Shown: positions 21,487 through 30,550 of the stretch, one piece after another | Numbering within the stretch: the first letter of the stretch is position 1 | How the letters are laid out: the number at the start of each line of letters is the position of its first letter | Assembly: GCA_018882785.1 (NCBI GenBank) | Contig: VERI01000006.1 | Coordinates: 11,811 to 75,810 of the forward strand | Source: Burkholderiaceae bacterium | Lineage (GTDB): Bacteria > Pseudomonadota > Gammaproteobacteria > Burkholderiales > Burkholderiaceae_A | Reading direction: 5' to 3' | Length of the DNA: 64,000 nucleotides | The notes under the pieces: generated by a model | Databases searched by the model: none | The model's input: only the letters and a program-made list of their open reading frames with translations | Told to the model about the DNA's origin: nothing | Translations under genes and position numbers: made by a program

Positions 21487-22776
21487 TCAGTGTCGCGCCG
21501 CAAGAATCTGGCCGACGCACTCACCCAGTCCGATACGTACCGCATCTGACGATTCACAGTACGCTTTTAACACCACCACATCGCCGTCTTGCAAAAATGT
21601 ACGCGACTCTCCATTGGCAAGGGTGATCGGTACTTTGCCGCCGGATGTGAGCTCCAATAGCGAGCCTGCCTCGGATGGCGCGGGACCCGACATGGTGCCG
21701 CTGCCGAACAAATCGCCCGCCTGAAGGTTGCAGCCATTACTGCTGTGGTGGGTCACCATCTGGGCAAATGTCCAATAGGCGTAGCGCAGATTGCTCTTCG
21801 CAAGGCGCTGGGGCGGCTGACCGTCATGACGCATTTTTTCGGTCTGTAACGAAAACTCAAGCACCATATCGATGCCACCACGGCTACGGTCCTGGGGACT
21901 GCTGATATATGGCAAAGGCTGGGGATCATCGGCGGACCGCTCGGCAGGAACTCGAAAAGGCTCAAGGGCCTCCATGGTGACGATCCACGGTGAAATTGTT
22001 GATGCGAAATTCTTGGCAAGAAACGGTCCTAAGGGCTGGTACTCCCAGGCCTGGATATCCCTGGCAGACCAATCATTGAGTACACACAGGCCAAACAGAT
22101 GGTCTTCTGCGTGCGCAATCGGAATCGGATCACCCAGGGCATTTCCTGCGCCGATGAATGCGCCAACCTCGAGCTCAATATCGAGCCGCCTGCAGGCGCC
22201 AAACTCCGGCGGCGCACCGTCTGCAGCGGCCTTGATCTGGCCGGTGGGCCGCACGATCTGCTGGCCGCTGACACCAATCGATGATCCACGGCCGTGGTAG
22301 CCAATCGGCACCCACTTGTAGTTAGGCAGAAGTGGTGCATCCGGCCGAAACAGCTTGCCAACCGCCGTGGCATGATGAATCGACGCATAAAAATCGGTGT
22401 AGTCACCAATCGCACAAGGTAGTTGCATCTGGACATCAGACTGCGGCACCAAGGCTGCACGCAACGCTGAGGCCTCGGCGGCACCCGGACTGAGCCAGCG
22501 CGTGACCTTCGCACGAAAGGCCTTTCGCACAGACGCTCCCTGCGCCATAAAGCCATTCAAATCTCCTTGCCTCAGAAAGCCCGGGACCGCATCGGCGCCT
22601 AGAATCTCTGCCGCCAGCGTGCAGTCCAACACCTGATTGCCAATCGCAATTCCAATCCGAGCGGATGTATCGCCCGTCTTGCGGGAAAACATTCCGTAGG
22701 GAAGATTTTCGATTGGGAAATCGGTCTCGGGATGATTGGCGCTTTCTACCCAGCTGCCTTGGGACTTTTTGCTCAC
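21487..22776 (-). CDS. fahA: fumarylacetoacetase (eukaryote-type, with N-terminal FAH domain)
   Basis: 429 aa with ENLPYGMF near the N-terminus, then GYHGRGSS, LNDWSARDIQAWEYQPLGPF and GDLFGSGT blocks. Confidence 0.88.
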   Translation of the reverse strand: MSKKSQGSWVESANHPETDFPIENLPYGMFSRKTGDTSARIGIAIGNQVLDCTLAAEILGADAVPGFLRQGDLNGFMAQGASVRKAFRAKVTRWLSPGAAEASALRAALVPQSDVQMQLPCAIGDYTDFYASIHHATAVGKLFRPDAPLLPNYKWVPIGYHGRGSSIGVSGQQIVRPTGQIKAAADGAPPEFGACRRLDIELEVGAFIGAGNALGDPIPIAHAEDHLFGLCVLNDWSARDIQAWEYQPLGPFLAKNFASTISPWIVTMEALEPFRVPAERSADDPQPLPYISSPQDRSRGGIDMVLEFSLQTEKMRHDGQPPQRLAKSNLRYAYWTFAQMVTHHSSNGCNLQAGDLFGSGTMSGPAPSEAGSLLELTSGGKVPITLANGESRTFLQDGDVVVLKAYCESSDAVRIGLGECVGQILAARH

Positions 22777-22791
22777 AGTCAGTGGCCCCAG

Positions 22792-23325
22792 TTATTGGAC
22801 AGAGCCGTCATGCATCCAGCGTGCATGATCGGGCGCCCGTTTGGTTTTGCTCCACTCATTGAGCATATCCCACTTCACGCGATCCAGATCCTGCATCATT
22901 TTTGGAGTGCCGGTGTTGACCGCGAGCTCTAATCGATGGCCATTGGGATCAAAAAAATAGATAGATTTAAAGATGGTGTGATTGGTTGGCCCAATTACCT
23001 CTATGCCATCCTGCTCCAGACGGGCTTTTGCCACCAGTAATGCATCCAGACTGTCGACCTCTAAAGCCAAATGCTGGACCCAGTTTGGGGTATTCAGATC
23101 ACGGGACATGTCGGGGCTATTGGGAAGTTCAAAGAACGCCAAAATATTTCCACCACCCGCATCTAGAAAAACATGCATATACGGATCAGGCGCCTTGGTC
23201 GATGGCACTTCATTTTCTGCAATCGCCAATACAAAGTTCATATTCAGGTACTTCTGATACCACTCTACGGTCTGCTTCGCATCTTTGCAGCGATAGGCGA
23301 CATGGTGGATTTTTGATAGCTTCAT
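22792..23325 (-). CDS. VOC (glyoxalase / extradiol dioxygenase) superfamily protein
   Basis: 177 aa with HHVAY, HLALEV and HRLEL, consistent with a 2-His-1-Glu metal site. Confidence 0.75.
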   Translation of the reverse strand: MKLSKIHHVAYRCKDAKQTVEWYQKYLNMNFVLAIAENEVPSTKAPDPYMHVFLDAGGGNILAFFELPNSPDMSRDLNTPNWVQHLALEVDSLDALLVAKARLEQDGIEVIGPTNHTIFKSIYFFDPNGHRLELAVNTGTPKMMQDLDRVKWDMLNEWSKTKRAPDHARWMHDGSVQ

Positions 23326-23343
23326 CAGTAGCTCCCTTCGTGT

Positions 23344-23577
23344 TTAGGACGGCATCACAGATTCACGGGCCAGTCGAAAGGCTTCGCGAAGAATACGCAG
23401 ATCGCCAATGTGATTGGATAAAAACAGCACCAACTTGGCGTTTAGTTCGTGGCTCTGGGCGTCGGTGAGCCCCTCATGGGTCTGTATCAATGCCTCGTAG
23501 AAGTCGTCGCCGGGGCTGAATTCGCGAAACACAGGCTTCTCAAGATCTTTGAAATTGGGCTCTGTAATTAACGGCAT
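23344..23577 (-). CDS. DUF2783-type small protein
   Basis: 77 aa. The LNAKLVLFLSNHIGD block matches my recollection of DUF2783 and the gene sits in an operon position. Confidence 0.55.
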   Translation of the reverse strand: MPLITEPNFKDLEKPVFREFSPGDDFYEALIQTHEGLTDAQSHELNAKLVLFLSNHIGDLRILREAFRLARESVMPS

Positions 23578-23594
23578 GGCGATATCCCTTTCAA

Positions 23595-25262
23595 TTAGTT
23601 ACAGGTGGCCCGAGCCAGCGCGGCCCGAAGAGCATCCATGGTGGGCTTACGCCAGCGGGCCGCAATGTGCTGATCCGGACGAACCAGATAGGCAGTGCCC
23701 TGCTCTGCGTCATACCGCTCTTTAAACCGGGACTTAAGATCAATCAGCACTTTTACACTGTCTGCGCAGGCAGCAGCCACGGTCGCGTTGGCAGCAATCA
23801 CAATCGGGGTGAGCCCAATTCCCCGGATACGACATGCCTTGATATCGGCAATCACGGCATCTGCAGGCGGTTCACGGTCGACATACAAAAGCACAATGAA
23901 TTGATTGGCCACATGACGCAGCAGCCAGCCCTGCTGGCCCTGATCGCTCACGGGAGCATCGTCCATTGGCGCTCCCGGAATCATCTTGCCGGAAAAAGGC
24001 TCCTGGTCCGGGGTATTGAGGCTAGACGTATAGAGAAACGATGGCACCGAGAGCCTGCCTGAATTCACCAGCGCGCGGGCAAATCGATACTGCCGCGCGA
24101 GATCCAAAACCGAATTCCGAAATAACTTGCTCACGGCGGATTTTGGCGTAATGAAGTCGGTAGACCGGGTGGAGTTCATAATGTTTTCATCCGCCGCGTA
24201 CGCCCGCTCTTCGTTATACGACTCCAGTAGCCGCTCGGGCGCATGACCATCCATGACCAGCTTTAACTTCCAGGCCAGATTATCGGAGTCCTGCAGACCG
24301 GAATTCGCGCCACGGGCACCAAAGGGAGAGACCTGATGGGCGGCATCGCCCACAAAAAATATCCGGTGGTGCCGAAAACTTTTCATTCTGCGGCACTGAA
24401 AGGTGTAGACACTGACCCACTCAAGATCGAACTCATGCTGCTCGCCAAGCATCGCCTTGATCCGAGGAATCACCTTTTCTGGTTTTTTCTCCTCTTCGGG
24501 ATCGGCATCCCAGCCGAGCTGAAAATCAATTCTCCAGACATTATCTGCCTCGCGGTGCAGAAGAACAGACTGATTCGGATGAAACGGCGGATCAAACCAG
24601 AACCAACGCTCTGCAGGAAAGTCCGCCTTCATCACGACATCAGCGATCAGAAAACGATCCTGAAATACCCGGCCTTCGATATCTAAGCCCAGCAGGCGGC
24701 GAATCCCGGAGCGGGCGCCATCACCCACGATCAGCCACTCGACATCCAGCATGTAATTGCCATCGGCAGTCTCCACGGTAATCGTGGAGTCGGCCTCGCG
24801 GGCATCGACTGCAACAACCTTGTTCTGCCACCGGATTTCGAGATTCGGCAGCGCATTGGCCCGTTTCAACAGGAACTCTTCAAGGTAGTACTGCTGCAGA
24901 TTGATCATGCCAGGCCGCTCATGATCGGGCTCGGGCGAGAGATTAAATGAGTAGACCTCGTCATTGCGATTAAAGGTGCGGCCAACATTCCATGACACCC
25001 CCTTATCGACCACCATCTGGCCAGCGCCGAGCCGATCCAGAATCTCAAGGGCGCGCTTGGCATAGCACAGGCCGCGCGAGCCAACCGACACCGTGTTGTC
25101 ATCATCGAGCAGGAGCACATCACATCCCTGCTGTGCCAGGTCAACCGCCGTGGCCAGACCCACTGGGCCCGCGCCCACCACAACAACACGGCGTGAGGAT
25201 CGCTGGCCGATCTCAGCAGGACAACGGTATTCGAACTTCGGATAGCGATAGGTCGACAACAT
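23595..25262 (-). CDS. FAD-dependent aromatic-ring monooxygenase (PheA/TfdB/MhpA-like, with C-terminal thioredoxin-like domain)
   Basis: Contains VVVVGAGPVGL, GDGARS and GDAAHQVSPFGARGANSGLQD. At 555 aa it is the long group A hydroxylase type. Confidence 0.85.
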   Translation of the reverse strand: MLSTYRYPKFEYRCPAEIGQRSSRRVVVVGAGPVGLATAVDLAQQGCDVLLLDDDNTVSVGSRGLCYAKRALEILDRLGAGQMVVDKGVSWNVGRTFNRNDEVYSFNLSPEPDHERPGMINLQQYYLEEFLLKRANALPNLEIRWQNKVVAVDAREADSTITVETADGNYMLDVEWLIVGDGARSGIRRLLGLDIEGRVFQDRFLIADVVMKADFPAERWFWFDPPFHPNQSVLLHREADNVWRIDFQLGWDADPEEEKKPEKVIPRIKAMLGEQHEFDLEWVSVYTFQCRRMKSFRHHRIFFVGDAAHQVSPFGARGANSGLQDSDNLAWKLKLVMDGHAPERLLESYNEERAYAADENIMNSTRSTDFITPKSAVSKLFRNSVLDLARQYRFARALVNSGRLSVPSFLYTSSLNTPDQEPFSGKMIPGAPMDDAPVSDQGQQGWLLRHVANQFIVLLYVDREPPADAVIADIKACRIRGIGLTPIVIAANATVAAACADSVKVLIDLKSRFKERYDAEQGTAYLVRPDQHIAARWRKPTMDALRAALARATCN

Positions 25263-25274
25263 CGCGCGGCCCCT

Positions 25275-26237
25275 TTACTGTTGCAATGCCTGCCACATTT
25301 CCTGATCCCGCTGTGCGGTCCAGATACGGGGGTGTTTGATGCCGCTGGCCTCATCAAAGGCACGGGTCACATCAAACGGCAGGCAGTGCTCATAAATAAA
25401 CACGCTTGCAAATTTTGGGTCCATCTTGGCGCGAACATGGGCCATGGTCGCTTTCAGATCCTTGCCGGCCTTCACGGCCTCCTGTGCAGATTCGTACAAC
25501 GTCGACACAAAATCACGGGTATAAGAAATTCCCGCCCGAACCTCTTCCGGAGTCTTTAACGCCGGGCCACGGCCGGGCACAAGCTTTGCGGCATTCAGCT
25601 TCGCAAGGCGCTCTAGCGTTGCTGGCCACTCGGCAAGATGCGCATCACCGGCATAACAGGCGGCGTCATACTCGACGAGATCTCCCGAGAACAGCACCTT
25701 TTCACCGGGCAGCCAGGCGATGGTGTCCCCCTTGGTATGGCCTGCACCAAGTTGCTTGATCTGCACTTCCAGCTTACCCATCCAAAGCGACATCTCACCG
25801 GTAAAGGTCATCGTTGGCCAGGTGAGCCCCGGCACGGATTCCACCGCCTGAAATAGCCTTGGAAAACGGCCGATTTCGGAGTCCATGTCCTGCTGGCCGC
25901 GCTCCACAATCAGATCGTAGGTGTCACGGCTGGCAATAATCTGCTCAAGTCCTGCATCGCGATAGCCAGATGCGCCCAGCACACGCACCGCGTGATAGTG
26001 GGTTAACAAAACGTATTTAATCGGCTTATCGGTAAGGCTGCGAACCCGATCGATGACCCCCTTGGCCATCACGGGCGTGGCAGTCGCATCGATGATCATC
26101 ACCGAGTCATCACCGATGATGATGCCCGTGTTCGGATCCCCTTCGGCGGTATACGCCCAGGCATGCTCCGAGAGCTGCTCAAAACTGACTTTTTTCTCTT
26201 CTAAATCGGCCTGGGATGCGAATGCTTTGGTCGTCAC
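25275..26237 (-). CDS. MBL-fold protein with a degenerate metal motif
   Basis: MBL blocks are present, but HxHxDH reads HYHAVR and the distal His reads Arg (VPGRGP). GTG start preceded by a GGAGGAG Shine-Dalgarno. Confidence 0.75.
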   Translation of the reverse strand: MTTKAFASQADLEEKKVSFEQLSEHAWAYTAEGDPNTGIIIGDDSVMIIDATATPVMAKGVIDRVRSLTDKPIKYVLLTHYHAVRVLGASGYRDAGLEQIIASRDTYDLIVERGQQDMDSEIGRFPRLFQAVESVPGLTWPTMTFTGEMSLWMGKLEVQIKQLGAGHTKGDTIAWLPGEKVLFSGDLVEYDAACYAGDAHLAEWPATLERLAKLNAAKLVPGRGPALKTPEEVRAGISYTRDFVSTLYESAQEAVKAGKDLKATMAHVRAKMDPKFASVFIYEHCLPFDVTRAFDEASGIKHPRIWTAQRDQEMWQALQQ

Positions 26238-26266
26238 GGTGGTCTCCTCCCCCTGTTTTGAAATTC

Positions 26267-26296
26267 AGTTTAGTCAAATTAGTTTGATATTGTCAA
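26267..26296 (-). promoter_or_regulatory. sigma70-type promoter of the MBL/monooxygenase/VOC/fahA operon
   Basis: The minus strand reads TTGACA, an 18-nt spacer, then TAAACT. A GGAGGAG Shine-Dalgarno and the GTG start at 26237 follow. Confidence 0.5.
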
Positions 26297-26298
26297 AC
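26282..26298. promoter_or_regulatory. perfect 6-5-6 palindrome overlapping the -35 (candidate IclR operator)
   Basis: GTTTGA-tattg-TCAAAC. Confidence 0.35.
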
Positions 26299-26342
26299 AA
26301 CATCAACTCTCGCTGAGCAACGGGGCTATCGGGACACCCTAT

Positions 26343-27368
26343 TTATCGGGCCAGGCCCACCCCCTGGTTGACGAACTGAAACACCGCTACCCGGGACAGG
26401 TCGACCTCGCCTGGCCGATACAGGCCCGCCCGAACCATCTGTTGATAGAAATCCTCAATCCGGCCTTGGTTCATGGCCCCAATCCCCTTGGTCTTGGCCT
26501 CCCCGGATTCCACCAGGCCCTGACGCTTGATCAGCAGCACCGAGGCTTCGATCTCCTGAATGGAGATATCGGGGTTGTCCTTCATGATCAGCGCATTGGC
26601 GGCAGTCCGATCGCCATTGAGAAAGCGTTGCCATCCCAGAATAGAGGCATTCACAAACCGCTGCACCAGGTCAGGATTGCTCTTGACCAGCTCAGTACGG
26701 GTCTCAATCAGCGTGCTGTATGTGGAGAACCCATGATCGGCCAGCAGATGCACCACGGGTGCAAAGCCACCCTGAGACTGAACATAAATCGGCTCTGCAA
26801 CCGAATACCCCTGCTGAATCGCCTTGGGATTACTTAAAAACGGCGCCAGATTAAAGTGATAGGGACGAAGCCGTTCATCCTGAAATCCATGAACGGCCTT
26901 TAGCCACTGCCACCACGTGAACTGCCCATCTTTTGCAATGAGGGCAACCGGCGCGTCTTTCATGCGTGCAAAAGACTCATAGCCCTGGCCAGGATGGGCG
27001 ATCAAGGCCTGCGGATCTTTTTGAAAGATTGCCGCCACAACGACAACAGGAATCTTGTTTTTGACATTGTCAAAACTGTGCAACAGATTGCCGGTCATTA
27101 GAAAATCGATTCGGCCTGCGGGCAGTAGGGGGCGATTGTTCACTTGCGGACCACCCTGACGAATCGTGACCTCCAGGCCATAGCGTCGATAGGTGCCATC
27201 CGCAAGCGCCTGATAAAACCCACCGTGCGCCGCCTGAGCCCGCCAGTTGGTTGCAAAGACAACCTTGTCTGCCGCCTGCGCCACTAACGCCGAGCCCATA
27301 ATGATGGGCCACGCAATTAGCCAAGAGGCAAAGGTTAGACGCTTCACGGGTTTAGATCTCCTGTTCAC
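26343..27368 (-). CDS. ABC transporter substrate-binding protein (NMT1/THI5-like)
   Basis: Signal peptide ending VAQA-AD and SBP size. It lies downstream of a matching permease and ATPase. Confidence 0.8.
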   Translation of the reverse strand: MNRRSKPVKRLTFASWLIAWPIIMGSALVAQAADKVVFATNWRAQAAHGGFYQALADGTYRRYGLEVTIRQGGPQVNNRPLLPAGRIDFLMTGNLLHSFDNVKNKIPVVVVAAIFQKDPQALIAHPGQGYESFARMKDAPVALIAKDGQFTWWQWLKAVHGFQDERLRPYHFNLAPFLSNPKAIQQGYSVAEPIYVQSQGGFAPVVHLLADHGFSTYSTLIETRTELVKSNPDLVQRFVNASILGWQRFLNGDRTAANALIMKDNPDISIQEIEASVLLIKRQGLVESGEAKTKGIGAMNQGRIEDFYQQMVRAGLYRPGEVDLSRVAVFQFVNQGVGLAR

Positions 27369-28137
27369 TCACCACCGGCCATCGCCGAAATGCCCACCGC
27401 GAGAGTTGCACAAAAATAAGGTTCAGCATCACACCGGTGAGCACTAAAAGTACGAGTGCAGCGAACATCTTAGGCGTCTCAGTGCGAAAGCTCGCCTCCA
27501 GAATCCGTGATGCAAGGCCCGTCTCGCGGCCGGCAGCACCCGCCACCATCTCGGCCGTTACCGCACCAATCAGACTCAATCCCGCCGAGATCTTCAGTCC
27601 GGCAAAAAAATACGGCAGCGCGCTGGGTAGCCGCAACAGCTGCAGCCGTTGCCATCCGGACGCCTGATAAAGCCGGAACAGATCGGAAAGATGCGGATCA
27701 ATGGTCCGCAGGCCAGTCATGGTGTTCGACAAAATTGGAAAAAACGCCACAATCCAGGCGCATAGCAGCAGTGCGGCCGTTGTACTGTCGAGATAAATCA
27801 GGATTAAGGGTGCGATGGCAACAATCGGTGTCACCTGAAGCATCACGGCAATCGGAAATAACGCCCGCTCGAAGAGAACAGACAGTGAAAACGCAGCGGC
27901 AATCACAACACCCCCCAGGGCTGCCAGGGTCAGCGCTCCCAGGGTAATTTTTAGGGTGGTCCACCAGCTCATGAGCAACGATTCACTATGCTGCGCGAGC
28001 GTCTGCAGCACAAGACTCGGCGCCGGAAGCGTGTAGGCCGGCAGTTCGAACAACCACACCAGACTCTCCCAGACAATGAAGAATGCGCCGACTGACATCA
28101 CCGCGCCGAGCGCAGACGGCTGACGAAGACTCATCAC
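27352..28137 (-). CDS. ABC transporter permease (NitT/TauT family)
   Basis: 261-aa polytopic protein in operon context, overlapping the ATPase gene by 4 nt. Confidence 0.85.
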   Translation of the reverse strand: MMSLRQPSALGAVMSVGAFFIVWESLVWLFELPAYTLPAPSLVLQTLAQHSESLLMSWWTTLKITLGALTLAALGGVVIAAAFSLSVLFERALFPIAVMLQVTPIVAIAPLILIYLDSTTAALLLCAWIVAFFPILSNTMTGLRTIDPHLSDLFRLYQASGWQRLQLLRLPSALPYFFAGLKISAGLSLIGAVTAEMVAGAAGRETGLASRILEASFRTETPKMFAALVLLVLTGVMLNLIFVQLSRWAFRRWPVVSEQEI

Positions 28138-28889
28138 ACACTCCCCTGACGGCTCTCGGCCTCGATGACATCGCTCAATCGATTCACCGTCTGAAGGAAA
28201 AAAGGACTGGACATGAATTCCTGGTCGCGGGTAGCAGGCTCAGGTACTTCAATTACGTCGATAATCCTGCCGGGGCGGGCACCCATTGCAATGACACGCT
28301 GCCCCAACAAAACGGCCTCCGAGAGCTGATGGGTCACCAACATGACGGACATCTTCTCTTGTCTCCACCAGCGCAGAAGATCCTGGCCAAGTCTCTTGCG
28401 CGTGAAGTCGTCCAGTGACCCAAAGGGCTCGTCCATGAGGAGTAGTCGCGGACGGGTCACCATGGCCCTTGCAATCGAGACCCGCATACGCATGCCGCCT
28501 GATAACTGTGCAGGCCGCAGCGTTGCCACATCGGCCAGTCCAACCACATCCAGCAGCGAGTGAATACGCGCAGCAGACTGCGCGCGCGACACTCCCGCCA
28601 GCCGCAGTGGCAGCCAGATATTGTCAAAAACACTCGCCCAGGGCATTAAGGTGGCATCCTGAAATACAAACGCAACCGACCCGGATACCCCCAGCGCGCC
28701 ATCTCGGGTGATGCGCCCCGATGTCGGCTGATCAAGTCCTGATGCAAGTTTTAAAAGTGTGCTCTTGCCACATCCGGAGGGGCCCACGATGGTGAGGAAT
28801 TCATTTGCATGCAGCGAAAAAGACACGTGTTCTAGCGCGGCGCGCTGTCCGGGAAACGTTCGGCTGACCTGCTCAAATTGCAGCAACAT
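28134..28889 (-). CDS. ABC transporter ATP-binding protein
   Basis: Walker [10 protein letters not shown], signature LSGGMRMR and Walker B LLMDEPFGSLD. Confidence 0.9.
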   Translation of the reverse strand: MLLQFEQVSRTFPGQRAALEHVSFSLHANEFLTIVGPSGCGKSTLLKLASGLDQPTSGRITRDGALGVSGSVAFVFQDATLMPWASVFDNIWLPLRLAGVSRAQSAARIHSLLDVVGLADVATLRPAQLSGGMRMRVSIARAMVTRPRLLLMDEPFGSLDDFTRKRLGQDLLRWWRQEKMSVMLVTHQLSEAVLLGQRVIAMGARPGRIIDVIEVPEPATRDQEFMSSPFFLQTVNRLSDVIEAESRQGSV

Positions 28890-28922
28890 CGAGGGGCAAT
28901 CCAGGACTGACGTGAGTAAATC

Positions 28923-29399
28923 TTATGCCGCAGGAATCAGCCCTGACAGCAGGCAGACGCAGGCGACAATCGATAGGTGCGCCCGTAGCCGGGGATACCA
29001 GGCGGGCAGAGAGATTCGATTTGCAAGCGCCGCATCCTGCCAGTAGGCCAGCGCAAACCCCGAGACCAACAAGGTGAGTGAGAGCGACGAATTCAGGCCG
29101 ATCGCAGCAATGCCGATCAGCGCAGGAATGACGCTCCAGATATAGCATTGGGTCCTGCGCGCACGATCTACGCCCGGGGCCATCATGGCAACCCCCCAAT
29201 GCAAGGCGCCAACAAAACTCAGAATCACCGCACCATAGGCAACCAGCAACAACAGCCACTGATCCGCACGGCCCAGAAGATTCAGCCATCGAAACGTCGC
29301 AAACGCAATAAACGGAATGAGTCCGCCATACCCCAATATGCCCACCACGGGTGGCGGGCGCATCGACGCATGGGGTGCAGCGGGGGGCTTCATGCCCAC
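28923..29399 (-). CDS. DUF3429-type integral membrane protein
   Basis: 158 aa with about 4 TM segments. Blocks GYGGLIPF and YGAVILSFVGALHWG are present. Confidence 0.6.
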   Translation of the reverse strand: MGMKPPAAPHASMRPPPVVGILGYGGLIPFIAFATFRWLNLLGRADQWLLLLVAYGAVILSFVGALHWGVAMMAPGVDRARRTQCYIWSVIPALIGIAAIGLNSSLSLTLLVSGFALAYWQDAALANRISLPAWYPRLRAHLSIVACVCLLSGLIPAA

Positions 29400-29403
29400 T
29401 AGA

Positions 29404-30405
29404 CTACAGACCCGCAGGCTTTTTGAAAAATTCTGTTCGATCGATAGATTCGATCAACATCGGAAATCGTCTTCCCTCTCGCTCCACCTCTACGGGGATC
29501 TGGGTTCCTGCGCCGCCAAGAGACCAGGCCTTGCGATACAGGTCAAGCAAAGTGCGCACCTCGCTGCCCGCTACAGCAGTGATGAAATCGCCCGTGCGCA
29601 TTCCTGCACGATACGCCGGACCATCCTGGCTGACCCGAAGCACGGCAACGTAGCCGCTGCTGTCATCGGTGGTCACGCCAAGCCAGGGGTTGACCCGAGT
29701 TGTGCGACGTCCCTGAGCGATTAGATCAGCCTGTATCGGCTTTAAAAGATCAATCGGCACAAAGAGATTTCCGGGTGAATACACTCCGGGGGCCACCGCA
29801 TCGCGTACAAATAAAGAGCCGATCCCGACAAGCTCACCCTTTTCATTGAGAAGTGCTGCACCAGCCCAGGCCGCGCTTGGCGGGAAGGTATAGATCGGCG
29901 ACTCCAATAAGTACTCCCAGCTTCCCGCAAAAGGCCTTCGGGACACCAATTGGGTTGCAGCTCCAGGGCCAAGGCCCTCGAAGGGCAAGACAATCATCAG
30001 CTCTTGATCTGCGAGGGCAGACGATGATCCGACGCTGATCGGTTTTAACTTAATCGGCAGTATTGGTTTTAGTAACGCGAACCCAGTGGCATGATCGAAT
30101 CCCACCACCTTGGCCGGGTAAGTGGCCCCTGTTGGCAGGGTCACATCGACCTGCTCGGACTCAATTACGAGGTAGCCGATCGTGAGAATGTGGCCATCCG
30201 TATCGATGACCACCCCAGACCCGAAGCGGTTTCTGCCCAGCGTGGCATTCGAGCGGGCATCCTCGACCGCACGGCTCTGCACTGCCACAACAGAATCGCG
30301 TAGCGCCATGAGGGGATCGACTGCCGCCGGCTGAGCCCGAAGCGGCAGCGCAATCACCTGAAGGCCCATCAGGGCCGTGAACATCAGCAATGCGGCGCGG
30401 CACAT
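29404..30405 (-). CDS. HtrA/DegS-like trypsin-fold plus PDZ protein with a substituted catalytic triad (predicted pseudoprotease)
   Basis: Signal peptide, S1C blocks and a C-terminal PDZ are present. The canonical His, Asp and Ser positions read Tyr, Gly and Ala (details in findings). Confidence 0.75.
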   Translation of the reverse strand: MCRAALLMFTALMGLQVIALPLRAQPAAVDPLMALRDSVVAVQSRAVEDARSNATLGRNRFGSGVVIDTDGHILTIGYLVIESEQVDVTLPTGATYPAKVVGFDHATGFALLKPILPIKLKPISVGSSSALADQELMIVLPFEGLGPGAATQLVSRRPFAGSWEYLLESPIYTFPPSAAWAGAALLNEKGELVGIGSLFVRDAVAPGVYSPGNLFVPIDLLKPIQADLIAQGRRTTRVNPWLGVTTDDSSGYVAVLRVSQDGPAYRAGMRTGDFITAVAGSEVRTLLDLYRKAWSLGGAGTQIPVEVEREGRRFPMLIESIDRTEFFKKPAGL

Positions 30406-30550
30406 GCCAGCTATTGTTCTCCGGCAGGACTTTTCAGGTCAAGGTCCCAGGCCTGAACCAGAGGAATCAGAAGAGTCAGAGCCACTGGCCAGGTAGGGAT
30501 ATCCGAGCACAGACTCGGCCATAGGGTCCATTGCGTAGTAATGTTCTCTC

